From: Octopus sinensis
Taxonomy: Eukaryota
Direction of reading: 5' to 3'
NCBI RefSeq assembly: GCF_006345805.1
Contig: NC_043016.1
Coordinates: 62,001-126,000 of the forward strand
Length of the DNA stretch: 64,000 nucleotides
Shown: positions 11,383 through 25,693 of the stretch, in pieces
How positions within the stretch are numbered: position 1 is the stretch's first letter
Layout: each line of letters starts with the position of its first letter
The notes under the pieces: generated by a model
Told to the model about the DNA's origin: nothing
The model's database searches: none
Seen by the model: the letters and a program-made list of their open reading frames with translations, nothing else
Made by a program: the position numbers and the translations under genes

Positions 11383-12005
11383 CTGTTCAAGGTGTGCACA
11401 GAGCGATGAAACTGCCTGCATGCACTCGTCCAGCGTCCGTGCATTGCTGATCTGTGGAACATTACCGAACAGTTGTCACATGTAGTACGGATCCGTTTAT
11501 CAGCTGAGTCCATTGTGAGGATCGCCCGGTCGCCTTCTTTTGGCCGTGAAGAAAAGGTAGCGAAAGAGGTAGTGTGGTGAACGAGGATGGAAGGACTGAA
11601 GACAGACACTATCCTCTTCGGCCGAGCCCTCATTGACTTTTACAAGTTCTACTTGAAAAGGAAAGTGAGGGTAGAGAGGGAAGTACTTCCTCCAGGAACT
11701 TTATTGAAAGATAGATGGATGTTGCGAAAATGGCTCGTGTGAGTATTCGTCTCTAAGTCGGAGCTGCTAAAGGAAAGAAGGGTGCCTACTTGGCATGCTT
11801 TTGGCAGTTGGAGTGACCAGGATGTATAGGGTTCCCTGAATGGCCCTGGATGGAACTCCCTCATATTGGAGAATATTTTGTTTCATTTTTTGTTAAATGC
11901 TTTTGTTTTTATTTAGACGTTTTCTTTTTTAAACCCTACTTCTCCCATGTTTTGTATCGTCTCTATATGTTTTTGTATTCGGCCCTTGTGGCCAATAAAG
12001 AAAAG
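11383..12005 (+). mobile_element. Tx1/L1-like LINE 3' fragment
   Basis: CSRCAQSDET zinc-knuckle remnant homologous to 40870-41200; 3' end gcccttgtggccaataaagaaa followed by (ATT)n. Confidence 0.75.
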
Positions 12006-12052
12006 ATTATTATTGTTACCAGTATTATTATTTGTCTGTATGTGTGTATATT

Positions 12053-12102
<50 letters not shown>

Positions 12103-12524
12103 TGTGTGTGCCTGTCTGTCTGTCTGTCTGTCTGTGTCCGTGTTAATGTGCCAGACATTGTAAGAAAGGAAAATTTTTCTTTCCGATTCACTATTTCAGG
12201 ACCTAAATATAGATGTTAATCTGTACATTTTGTCGACCTGCTTGAAATATTACTCCGAGATGATGGTTCTGTCAAGATTCAAGAAAATTTAATGGGTAAA
12301 TTTTATTTGATAAACATCAGAAAATGGTCGGGGAATAAAATATTTATTCGCAGCTTTGACTTGGAAAATTGCTTTGGTGCTTCAACACGTTGAAACCATA
12401 ACTGCTGATGCTGTTTGTCTTATAGAATCTATTCATTGTCACACGGATCTTTTGTTGCGAGAAGGAAGCTTGTGTTCCCAGAGTTTACCAAATTTTATAA
12501 AACTTTGTAGTACAAAACCAATAT

Positions 12525-13087
12525 TCTTTTCTACTCTAGCACCAAGGCCCGAAATTTTGGGGAAGGCAGGGACCAGTATGCAACTGGTACTTATTTTATC
12601 GACCCCTAAAGGATGAAACGCAAAGTCGATCTCGCCGGAATTTGAACTCATGATGTAAAGACAGATGAAATACCTATTTCTTTACTACCCACAAGGGGCT
12701 AAACAGAGAGGAAAAACAAGGACAGACAAAGGGATTAAGTCGATCATATCGACCCCAGTGTGTAACTGGTACTTATTTAATTGACCCCGAAAGGATGAAA
12801 GGCAAAGTCGACCTCGGCGGAATTTGAACTCAGAACGTAGCGGCAGACGAAATACCTATTTCTTTACTACCCACAAGGGGTTACATACTGAGGAGACAAA
12901 CAAGGACAGACAAAAAGATTAAGTCGATTATATCGACCCCAGTGCGTAACTGGTTCTTATTTAATCGACCCCGAATGAATGGAAGGCAAAGTCGACCTCG
13001 GCGGAATTTGAACTCAGAACGTAACGGCATGCGAAATACAACTAAGCATTTCGCCCGGCATGCTAAGGTTTCTGCCAGCTCGCCGCC
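12525..13087 (-). mobile_element. S1 SINE array: head, two standard bodies and one body with a variant tail
   Basis: Junctions gaaatacc|tatttctttac at ~12675 and ~12857; head ends at 13087. Confidence 0.85.
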
Positions 13088-13649
13088 TTTAGTACGGTAC
13101 AAATATTGAACAACTATTTAATGTTGAAGAATTAGTTTTTCTTAACGTTTGGATCGTTTTGTAGCTAAATTTTAAAAAATGATTCTAAACTGGTGATCGA
13201 CAAGCGCAGATGGTGGCCAACGACGGTACTCGCACTTAGGTCTCATACCGATACTGTAATAGCTATATATTTGATTGACGATGAGAGAAGTTCCAGATGC
13301 TTTGCGCTCCATCTCCTACGTATACAATAAATTGCTCATATTCCCATTTTTTTATCCTTAATCTGACATCTAAAATAAACAAGAATAAAAATTGGACAGA
13401 AAACTATTTGCATAAGGCAAGCAGAAAGGAAAATTTCGTTTCAAAATGATATATATCATGAGTATAATTAAATAAACGTTTATTCCAAAGCAGGCATCAA
13501 AGTTTAAATAAATATACCCCAGTGTGTGTATGTGTGTGTGTTATGTGTGATGTGTGTGTGTGTGGTGTGTATGTAGTGATGCAGGTATTTATCCATCTAC
13601 TATATCTATCTGTCTATCTTCTATCAAACTGCTTGTTTGTCTGTCTAGC

Positions 13650-13710
13650 TATCTGTCTATATATACCTACCTACATACATGCATACATACATACATAATA
13701 ACATACATAC

Positions 13711-13757
<47 letters not shown>

Positions 13758-13853
13758 CATATATATATATAATTATATACATACATATAGATATATACAT
13801 ACATATACATATATACATAGATGCATATATATATGTGATATATATATAGGTGT

Positions 13854-13926
<73 letters not shown>

Positions 13927-14193
13927 CTACCCAAACACACGCATATATGTAACATCTATATATTATCATATGTGTAATCTGTGGTCTAGAGTTGCATGGA
14001 TGCATGTACGTATAGGTGGTAAATAAATGTATATAAACATAAAGTAGTGTATACGCTGTACATACACGTGCGTAGATATATTTGCATCAGAAATCTAACG
14101 TAGTTGAATTCATAAGTATTATGTATCCTGGTGAGTGTGTGGACGGATTCTTTTCGTTTCATATATGTGTTTTTGCATGCTTGTGTGTGTGTG

Positions 14194-14248
<55 letters not shown>

Positions 14249-14484
14249 TGTGCGCGTGTGTGTGTGCGCGCGTGTGTGTGTGTACGTGTGTGTTTGTAAA
14301 TATATACACACATGCATTCAAATATTCATCTGATATCGTTTGCTGTACTGCATGCTTCATGAAAATTAGACAAATGGGTGCGGGAGAGTTGTTACTTCGC
14401 ACATACACACACGCATCATACACACACGAGTTATACACGTACACGCACAAACATATGTGCACATACTGATGCGTATATATATAT

Positions 14485-14529
<45 letters not shown>

Positions 14530-14560
14530 TGTGTGTGTGTGTGTGTGTGTGTGTGTGGTC
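13650..14560. repeat. Compound (TA)n/(TACA)n/(TG)n microsatellite zone
   Basis: Direct reading. Confidence 0.85.
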
Positions 14561-14636
14561 ATATTTTCATCCAGTCACACTTTATGCTTACAGTATTTAT
14601 TACCTGTTTCTAACTGTTATGCGATGTCTCTACATT

Positions 14637-16620
<1,984 letters not shown>

Positions 16621-17446
16621 TGTAAAAAACAACCAATAATTTAATTACCGAAATTTGTCAGTCTACACCCAGTTGAAATGTGTAATATTTTAATTTTCAT
16701 ATTTTTATTTATGGTTCTCTTTGATTTTACAGGTCTTCCCTAACTGGTCAGATTAGTGCGGATAATCTTCAGCTGATACACACACCTTTGCGTCTGCATC
16801 TGGAGACAAAAAAAAAACGTTCGCAGGAATGAATTCACGGAAAACCGGCGTATTGATTGGTTACATTAGTAATCGCGGTTAGTGTAAGAACTATGAGGTG
16901 AGACACAGTGTAGGTAACGAGATAGAGATGAGTCAATGCAGACATATGCATGAATACTGGTTTCAAATTTTAGCACCAGGCCAGCAATTTCGGGGAGGGG
17001 TCATATCTGGTACTTATTTTATCAACTGTGGTGGTGGTGGTGGCGGTGGTGATTGGATAGTGAAAGTGTATTTTTTTTAATTGAACTAAGTTTTTTTTAT
17101 AAGAGTGAATATATATTTTATGAGTGCTGTGTTTTAAGTCTATAAAATTGAGCATAAAATATATAAGATGTATATATAAAGTGCATTAATTAATCACTGT
17201 ATTCCAATTTCTTTCACTTTTCAATGAGTAGCAGATGAGCGACTGTCTTTTCATACAGACACAACACAGACTACGCTTTCAGGTTTTTTGGCTAAAGTTT
17301 TCAGAAATAACCCAAAAGGCTTACCAGTAATTCCGTGAAATATTCACAGGTTCTGCTAGTATAAATGATTATGATCAGTAGCTGGAAAGTTCCAAAGGAG
17401 AGGAGCTATTGTTGTAGTCGTAGGAACGAAACAAGTATTGCAGCTG

Positions 17447-17833
17447 CTGTTGAGCGGTTGCTGTTGTGCGAACGGTCTTGGTCCCAGAGCTCACAAGATG
17501 GGAGAAGTCCGAAACGTGGTCCCTTGCTATTCGTAAGACCCGCAGAAGAGAAAGCAGGTCAACCCCCGACACCTAGAGCATCGACGGGTGGACGAATGCA
17601 CATCCAGGCTCAGCGGTTGCGTAGGAAGTCGGGAACAAGAAACAGGAAGAAAGAGTGAGAGAAAGTTGGAGCGAAAGAGTACAACAGGGGTCGCTACCAC
17701 TCCCTGCCAGAGCCTCGTGGAGCTTTAGGTGTTTTCGCTCAATAAACACACACAACACCCGGTCTGGGAATCGAAACCGCGATCCTCCGATCGCGAGTCC
17801 GCTGCCCTAACCACTGGGCCATTGCACCTCCAC
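17447..17833 (-). mobile_element. S3 tRNA-derived SINE, tail type a
   Basis: Head gtggaggtgcaatggcccagtggttagggcagcggactc..gtttcgattccc (A and B boxes); tail shared with 50505-50675. Confidence 0.85.
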
Positions 17834-18365
17834 TGTTGTTGCAGCTCATCTGCTGCATGGGAGTTGAAATGAGTTGGTGACTTGGCTCTTCCCAGTTCAT
17901 CTTTAATCATTTTCTCTCGTATGCAATTAAGAACAGTATTTTTTGTGCGCATCTATTGTAATAGCCCTAGATGCTGTATCACATTATCCCTTAGTATATT
18001 TTCATTTCACCTGCCATACCAAAAATGCTGATGTAGACCCAAAAATGTGCTGGTTCGTATCTGATACAGCAAGACGAGGGAATTGGCAAAATCGTTAGAA
18101 TCGGTCACAATATTTTGTTGAGGATATATTTGATTTTTCGGCATAATAGCATCAATAATTTTCAAGGCAAATCTCTCCCCACCTCTCTCTCTCTCGCTGT
18201 CTCCCTTTCGCTCTCTCCTCCTCTTTATTTTCTTTCTTTCTTTTTCTCCTTCTGTGAATCATATACATCGAATGATGAAAAGAGGTCCCGCCAATGAACG
18301 TTGATATATTGTTCACTCCGGAGCTGAGAATAATTACCTCGTATAATAATAATAATAATCATTAT

Positions 18366-18916
18366 TGAGTGAAAGAACAGTGCATGCCATCAAAGTGACA
18401 ACGGGGTAATATATACGAAGCCCAGTTTACCCATCATGACCACCCGTCTGATAAGGGTACACTAGGCTCATGCACCACAACCATATGTGTGCCGCATGGT
18501 GATCTCATATCAAGATAAACAGCACATGACCTTGCAGGTGAGGTCCAGTTAGAACTTTCTTCTGGTCGAGTGGCCCACCCTGCTCAAAAGGTCCCTGAAT
18601 AAGGGTTGTTTAATGATGTTGAACGAAACATCCATGTTTCCAGAGGTGAATTATTCAAACCCCAAAGAATCCCTCTCAACACACGGCTATGATGCACCCC
18701 CACTACTTCTGCTCGTGATCAGAGACGCACATATCGTCAGCCACTAAGGGACATGCTCAACTGGTTAAGGTCAAACAACTGACAAGCAAATCTGTGGTAT
18801 TAAGCAGAATATTTGTTGTAGCCCATCTTTTATACCAAGACAAAACAAAGTAGCTGATAACACTTCCAATCAGTTAAGATGACAAGCCATGAGAGCCACT
18901 GCCTGGTACTGCATCA
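18366..18916 (-). mobile_element. ~550-bp (TAA)n-embedded retroposon-like element, full length
   Basis: High similarity to 42863-43413, 41596-42062 and 23183-23262; flanked by (AAT)/(ATT) tracts; no ORF. Confidence 0.85.
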
Positions 18917-18942
18917 TTATTATTATTATTATTATTATTAGT

Positions 18943-18976
<34 letters not shown>

Positions 18977-18980
18977 CAGC

Positions 18981-19060
<80 letters not shown>

Positions 19061-19075
19061 TAGTAGTAGTAGTTT
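18917..19075. repeat. (ATT)n-(GTA)n microsatellite
   Basis: Direct reading. Confidence 0.95.
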
Positions 19076-19426
19076 TTGTTATTGTCGTTGTTACCTTCAC
19101 GGATTAAATTAGCTTGTGCGTTCTTGCATTTTTTAGAATACTAGGACGTAATTCGAATGAGATTTGGTTACTATTTTTAGGAGTTCCAGTCTAGGAATCC
19201 CATATTGGATGCGTTTTTTGGCACTTTGTAATGTTCTTGATAAAAGTATTACTACTTACAGGTATAACAGTGTGGAAATAACGAGTATTTTTGTTTTTGT
19301 TTTTTAGGAATGAAGAGGAGAAAAAAGAGGCGGTGGAGGAAGCGTGGTTGTGAAAGAGGAAGAAGAAGTGGTGGTGGAGGAAATGGGAGGAAGAGAGGGA
19401 GAGAGGTGTGGGCAGTTATAAATTCT

Positions 19427-19655
19427 TATTTCTTTACTACCCACAAGGGGCTAAATACAGAGACGACAAACAAGAACAGACAAACGGATTAAGTCAATTA
19501 TATCAACCCCAGTGCGTAACTGGTACTTATTTAATCGACCCAGAAAGGATGAAAGGCAAAGTCGACCTCGGCGGAATTTGAACTCAACGTAACGGCAGAC
19601 GAAATACAGCTACGCATTTCGCCCGGCGTGCTAACGTTTCTGCCAGCTCGCCGCC
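19427..19655 (-). mobile_element. S1 SINE monomer
   Basis: Full head and body; TSD gcagttat(a/g)aattct at 19412-19426 and 19658-19672. Confidence 0.92.
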
Positions 19656-20415
19656 TTGCAGTTATGAATTCTGTTTCCCACAAGATTAAAATTAGTCACA
19701 GTTACGCTAACGATTCAACATCCTTCCCGACAGGCTAGAAATAGCAACAACATTTCATGCAAATCATATACCTATCATCTTAAAAGGGGTAAAAAAAAAA
19801 AAGGAACTAGATCACATAGGATATTGTTGCGCTTGAGAAACTCCTACTCAATAAGAAACGGGTCAGTCACGGCTGGAAACCCTGTGATTATAGTTATATC
19901 CTCAATAAGAGTTAACCTGAGGTTTTGACAACGTCAGCTACTACCTACGACAGAGCAACCCCTTATCCAGGATAAAGTTTATTTCACATCTGTGGAACGC
20001 TACGGAAACAGGATATTAGTTACCAGTTCTCAGGATCATTGCGATTTGAAAAATTACAAACTTTCACCGTATATTTATTTATTTATTTTATTTTTATTAT
20101 CATTAATTGATCTTTGCACTCCTGTAAGCCGTTTCAAGTAAACTTTCTGCACATCTGGTGGTAATTCATAATAAAAATCTACATCTGTGTAACTTTCTTG
20201 CATGGCAATGATTCGAATAAATGTATATGCCAAATAATTATTGACAGGAAAATTTTTTTGGCTATCTTTTGTTGCGGTTGCGGCTGCTGATGTTGTCGGT
20301 GTTGTTGTTGTTGTTGTTGATGATAATGATGATGGTGATGGTGATGATGATGCTGATGATGCTGACGATGATGATGATGATGATGACGATGTTGTTTCTT
20401 TGTGATGGTATTGAC

Positions 20416-20928
20416 GCAGGAGTGGCTGTGTGGTAAGTAGCTTGCTTACCAACCACATGGTTCCGGGTTCAGTCCTACTGCGTGGCACCTTGGGCGCAGA
20501 GGTGGTACCATGGCCAATGAGGTAAATCCGAGGCGTGGTTATTGCTAGTTGAAAACTTTGGGCAAGTGTCTCCTACTATAGCCTCGGGCCGACCAAAACC
20601 TTGTGAGTGGATTTGGTAGACGGAAACTGAAAAAAAAGCCCGTCGTATATATGTATATATATATATATTATATATATATATATATATATGTGTGTGTATG
20701 TGTGTGTGTTTATGTTTGTGTATCTGTGTTTGTCCCTCCAACATCACCTGACAACCGATGCTGGTGTGTTTACGTTCCATAACTTAGCGTTTCGGAAAAA
20801 GAGATCAATACAATAAATCGAGGCTTATAAAGAATAAGTTCTGGGGTCGATTTGCTCGACTAAAGGCAGTCTCCAGCATGGCCACAGTCAAAATGACTGG
20901 AACGAGTAAAAGAGTAAACGAGTAAAAG
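20416..20928 (+). mobile_element. S2 tRNA/CORE-type SINE with internal (TA)(TG) tract, interrupted by a U4 fragment
   Basis: A box tggctgtgtgg, B box ggttcagtcc, core ggcaccttgggcaagtgtc, tail gtcaaaatgactggaacgagtaaaag. Confidence 0.9.
20494..20559 (+). pseudogene. U4: U4 snRNA 5' fragment (about nt 7-70), retroposed
   Basis: gcgcagaggtggtaccatggccaatgaggtaaatccgaggcgtggttattgctagttgaaaacttt aligns by eye to metazoan U4 (GCGCAG..GCCAAUGAGG..CCGAGGCG..UUAUUGCUA.UUGAAAACUUU); flanked by a ttgggc duplication. Confidence 0.85.
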
Positions 20929-21211
20929 GGTATGATTGATGCTACTTTTATATTTGTTTTATAGGAAGGAATGTACTCACGACCTCTTTAGAGCCACCGG
21001 GTTGGGTGAGAAAGAAGGTTTGGTTTATGTTCCTTAATGCGACAGTTACATAAAAAAATATATTGGAAAGAAAGGCTTCCGCAAACCCAAGGTTTTAGGG
21101 TATGGTAATTTATGTGGAACCTGGTGTATGGGCGGCATGTGGCTGAAAAGAATTGGACAAACTCAAGGTACACGAGATTAGTCAACAGCTCAAATAGCGC
21201 GGCTTCTGCAA

Positions 21212-21504
21212 TGTTGTTGTTTGTTTCTTCTCGAGCCACGTCTGGCTCATAGAGCCGGTTTCCCGGTTTCCTTGGCGTATAGGTACGCCGATCCGTCGCA
21301 GGTGAGCTGCAAGATGCAGGAGAAAAGAGTGAGAGAAAGTTGTGACAAAAGAATCAGCAGAAATTCGCCATTACCTTCTGCCGGAGCCGCGTGGAGCTTA
21401 GGTGTTTCGCTCATAAACACAGACATCGCCCAGTCTAAGATTCGAACCAGTGATCCTTCGACAGTGAGTCCGCTGCTCTAACCACTAGGCCATGTGCCTC
21501 CACG
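21212..21504 (-). mobile_element. S3 SINE, tail type b
   Basis: Same head as 17833; tail ggaaaccgggaaaccggctctatgagcc..ggctcgagaag as in 30343-30636. Confidence 0.85.
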
Positions 21505-21689
21505 CGGCTACAGCAATAGTGATAGAAAAGCAAAATATCAAGTAGAAATGTATCTTTCTGGACCTGAGTTTCGAATCTGCTTGCAATCGGCTTCATGGTA
21601 ATCAGTTGCGAAGCCTTTGGGGGATTCGTTACAGGACGTCAGTATATTTAGCAGGTACGCTTAAGACAGAGGTGATCTTTCGATCACCT

Positions 21690-22121
21690 CTGTCTACGCC
21701 GCATCCTTCGTGTCCAATGGCATCACTTTGTCTCCAACAATTCGGTGCGACACCAGTGCAGAATCACCTCCCTCCGACAAGTCATCCTAAAGAGACGTCT
21801 GCGTTGGCTGGGTCATGCCCTCCGTCGTCAACTAGGAGAATTCATCTATGAAGCAATTTCCCCAGCTCCCCTTCATGCTTGGCGAAAGCGATGTGGTGGA
21901 CAACGAAAAACCTGGCTGATGACAGTCAAGGCTGATCTGGAACCCAACCTAGGCTCTCATATCTACGGCGTTCACCGCTGGAATAAGGAGTCGTTGTAGA
22001 TCACGCGGTCGTTAGCCTCAAATCACCAGGCCTGGTCGGCGTTTGTGAGAGATGCAGCATTGAGGATGAATGAAGCCAGCTCAACCCACCCCGGGTGAAT
22101 GCTGTCTCAAGTCAAGTCAAG
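21690..22121 (+). mobile_element. RTE LINE 3' fragment of a second lineage, (CAAGT)n tail
   Basis: CLRRILRVQWHHFVSN..LKRRLRWLGHALRR..GGQRKTW; ends tcaagtcaagtcaagt. Confidence 0.8.
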
Positions 22122-22470
22122 TTAGTAGCTACGTATTGTTTAATTTAGGAGCGGTATGTGACTCATTTGAGACGTGTACATGTTCAGTAGTTGTTGACAT
22201 CATTAATAACAATTGTTTCTGATTTGTGGCATACGACCAGGACATTTGAGGAAAGGGGGGCCTAGTCATTGCCATTGAGACTAGTATCTGAATGGTACTT
22301 TATTTTATCCATCCTGAAAGAGGGATAAATTTCACATCTGTGTTTTGAACCCATAACATGGAAAGCGTTAATTAATAACGAAAACTACTTCGTTCCAAGT
22401 CAGATCAGGGATCTCATCAAAGGCTGACCAAACCTGTTAGTGGTACCATGTAAACCACTGCTACATGCCA

Positions 22471-22670
22471 GTGGAGGCGCGAGGCGTAGTGGTTAGAATA
22501 TTGGATTCATGATCGTAAGACTGTGATTTTGATTCCTGAACCGGGCGAAGCGCTGTTCTTGAACAAAACACTTTATTTTGCGTTACTCCAGTCCACTTAG
22601 CTGGCAAAAATGAGTGATACCGTGACAGATTGGCGTCCCTTCCAGGAGGGGAATAAATACTTCATGAAAC
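22471..22670 (+). mobile_element. Old tRNA-derived SINE remnant
   Basis: gtggaggcgcgaggcgtagtggttaga..gattcctgaaccgggc..ttcttgaacaaaacacttta. Confidence 0.55.
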
Positions 22671-22887
22671 TCGTGAAGGTGACTTTACTTTACTTTCTTT
22701 TAGTTCTGCCTGTCCCATGTTCAGGTAGCCGGCGTCTAAACCGATTTCCCCAATTTCGTAGCTTGCTATTCTTGTAAGAATGGCATCTTGACACAAAAGT
22801 GCTGTGGAGACGACGTATGCTGCATGGCGATGACAACCACGACTTTGTTAGACGTTCTAACGTTTCTGTCAATCTACCGACTTATGA

Positions 22888-23182
<295 letters not shown>

Positions 23183-23262
23183 GTGAGTGAGAGAGCAGTG
23201 CATGCCATCAAAGTGACACTGGAGTAAAATATACGAAGCTGAGTATACCCATCATGACCACC
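23183..23262 (-). mobile_element. Heavily 5'-truncated copy of the (TAA)n-embedded element
   Basis: gtgagtgagagagcagtgcatgccatcaaagtgacactgg matches the family 3' end. Confidence 0.85.
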
Positions 23263-23411
23263 TTATCAGAAATATCAGTGTTCTATTAATTCTCCTCATA
23301 GTAGTGTTAAATAAGTATAATTTTGTAACAAATAAAAAGTTTTGAATGGTACAACAATGCACTTAAATACAGACAATGGGCTATATACCTGTTGTAATTT
23401 AGTCATCCGTT

Positions 23412-25181
23412 GTCTGATAATATTTCGGAATAAAATTCCTTCTTCAGATATTCTTAGATAGAGTCGCTACTGTAATCGGTTTTCCAACGGCTTTTGTTTT
23501 GAGACAACTGATAAACCTGAAGATTTTCATTGAATCGACCTTGATGCGGAGCTAAAAGTGTTTATGGTAGTGGATAATGTGCATCTATCATTTCAGTATC
23601 TGCTCCTACGATGCTTAGCAAAGGCGCAGGTATGGCTCTATGGTTAAGAAACTCGCTTTCCAATCTCGTGTTTTCGGTTTCAATCTCACAGTGCAACACC
23701 TCGTTCAAGTGTTTTCTGAAATAACGTTGGACCGTCCAATACATTGATATATGGAAATGTACCAAATTCTCACTTGGCTACAGTCATTTGGTTTTTGTTT
23801 TTTTTTGGTTTTTTTCTGCCCCATTATTTAGAGGTTCTGTAAAACAGAAAACGAGAGAAAAAATACCAGCTTTTAAAAAGGATAACTACTGGAGTCGACT
23901 AAAACTCTTCAAGCATAGCCGCATGTTAATGACTGAAACATGTAAAAGAAACATTTATATATTTTGTATTTATGTATTTAGAAACACGGAATTATAAATA
24001 CGTACTTATAAAGCTTATATCAATATTTTCCTTCTGTACATCAATAAGCCCTAGATTAAAATTTTCCTAATTTTCTTTATGTTAAAGAGTAAGAATTTGA
24101 TACCCATATCGAGTGAAGGCGGTAAATATTTGCATGGGAAGGAATTTTATTCGATTGATCCGCCATAAATAGGACGGTAGTTATCAGAGTACAAACTACT
24201 ATATGGACTGCCATATTAGCTTGGCGATAACTGTTAATATCCTGTACCCCTGCCGTAGTCTCCTTTAGAAATACTTAGAAATAATAATATATCTATTTTT
24301 GAAAATCAGTGGATATATTCCACTGAAATTAGGTAAGTAATCCTTCGAACAGACGGTCAGCAGCGCCGCCTGTTGGATTTGCCTACTCTGCATTGATAAA
24401 GGACAAATACCCTGTTACATGTCTGCAGATGCCTGACCAGCAAGGGGAAGCGTCTGACCTCCCCTGTTCGAAGGTTATAATGGACACAGGTGTGTCATAT
24501 AGCTAGCTATAGGCGATGGCCTCTTGGAGCTAAATAACGGCAGCTTTAGTCCTATATTTATGGACTGCCATATTAGCTCGGCGATAACTGTTAATATCAA
24601 GTACCGCTGCCGTAGTCTCTTTTAGAGGGACTTAGAAATAATAATATATCTTTTAAACTATTGTATATTTAATATTTAACTACCTTCCGTACGAAAAGCT
24701 TATTTAAATGTCTTATTTATAACTTTAAATAAAAGATATATTTAGTCAACCATAGTCTGATAATATTTCGGAATAAAATTCCTTCTTCAGATATTCTTAG
24801 ATAGAGTCGCTACTATAATCGGTTTTCCAACGGCTTTTTGTTTGATACAACTGATAAACCTGAAGATTTTCTTTGAATCGACCTTGATGTGGAGCTAAAA
24901 GTGTTTATGGTAGTGGATAATGTACATCTATCATTTCAGTACGTATTTATAATTCCGTGTTTCTAAATACATAAATACAAAATATATAAATGTTTCTTTT
25001 ACATGTTTCAGTCATTAACATGCGGCTATGCTTGAAGAGTTTTAGTCGACTCCAGTAGTTATCCTTTTTAAAAGCTGGTATTTTTTCTCTCGTTTTCTGT
25101 TTTACAGAACCTCTAAATAATGGGGCAGAAAAAAAAATGCCTGTAGCCAAGTGAGAATTTTGTACATTTCCATATACCAAT
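23412..25181. repeat. Local direct and inverted duplication mosaic (A, B, C, C', A', B' inverted)
   Basis: A 23412-23598 = A' 24755-24941; B 23743-24005 = reverse complement of 24939-25181; C 24200-24294 similar to C' 24559-24651. Confidence 0.9.
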
Positions 25182-25423
25182 CAAAACGCAATAGTATGAA
25201 TTGCTTATAATCATGCTAATCGAAACTAGCTTTCGTATTAATAGCCTAATTGAATTTCTAATTTATAACGTTAAATAAAAGATATAAGACATGAAAATAC
25301 AATTGCATAAATTGCTTATAATCCCAACTAATAGAAAACAACTGTGTTTAAATTTTGACAGATAAATGTTGTTTGTATATATTGCATATTATTATCATTA
25401 TTCAGTGGGTTTTTTTGTTATAT

Positions 25424-25632
25424 CGTACTTTCACTTCACTACCGAGCGCAGCTCTGTGTGCCTTGGGTATGTGCTGTGTTTTGTTGTGATGCTCTGATGG
25501 TTACTGTATTTTGCGTAGGATGTGTGCAGTGCCTAGTAGTGCGATTTTCTGTATGTTAAATGTGTTTGTAAGTCCTGGTGTTTTTGTTATGTATTTGTCT
25601 GTATATTTTTTTATCATGCCTAATGCACCTAC

Positions 25633-25635
<3 letters not shown>
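25424..25635 (-). mobile_element. R4/Dong-like LINE 3' end
   Basis: IIVGALGMIKKYTDKYITKTPGL..QKIALLGTAHILRK*; 5' end lies in (TAA)n; homologous to 63870-63995. Confidence 0.8.

Positions 25636-25693
<58 letters not shown>

Noticed and set aside
11202-11633. 143-aa ORF on the minus strand
   Set aside because: It spans the 100-N gap and is antisense to a Tx1-like fragment
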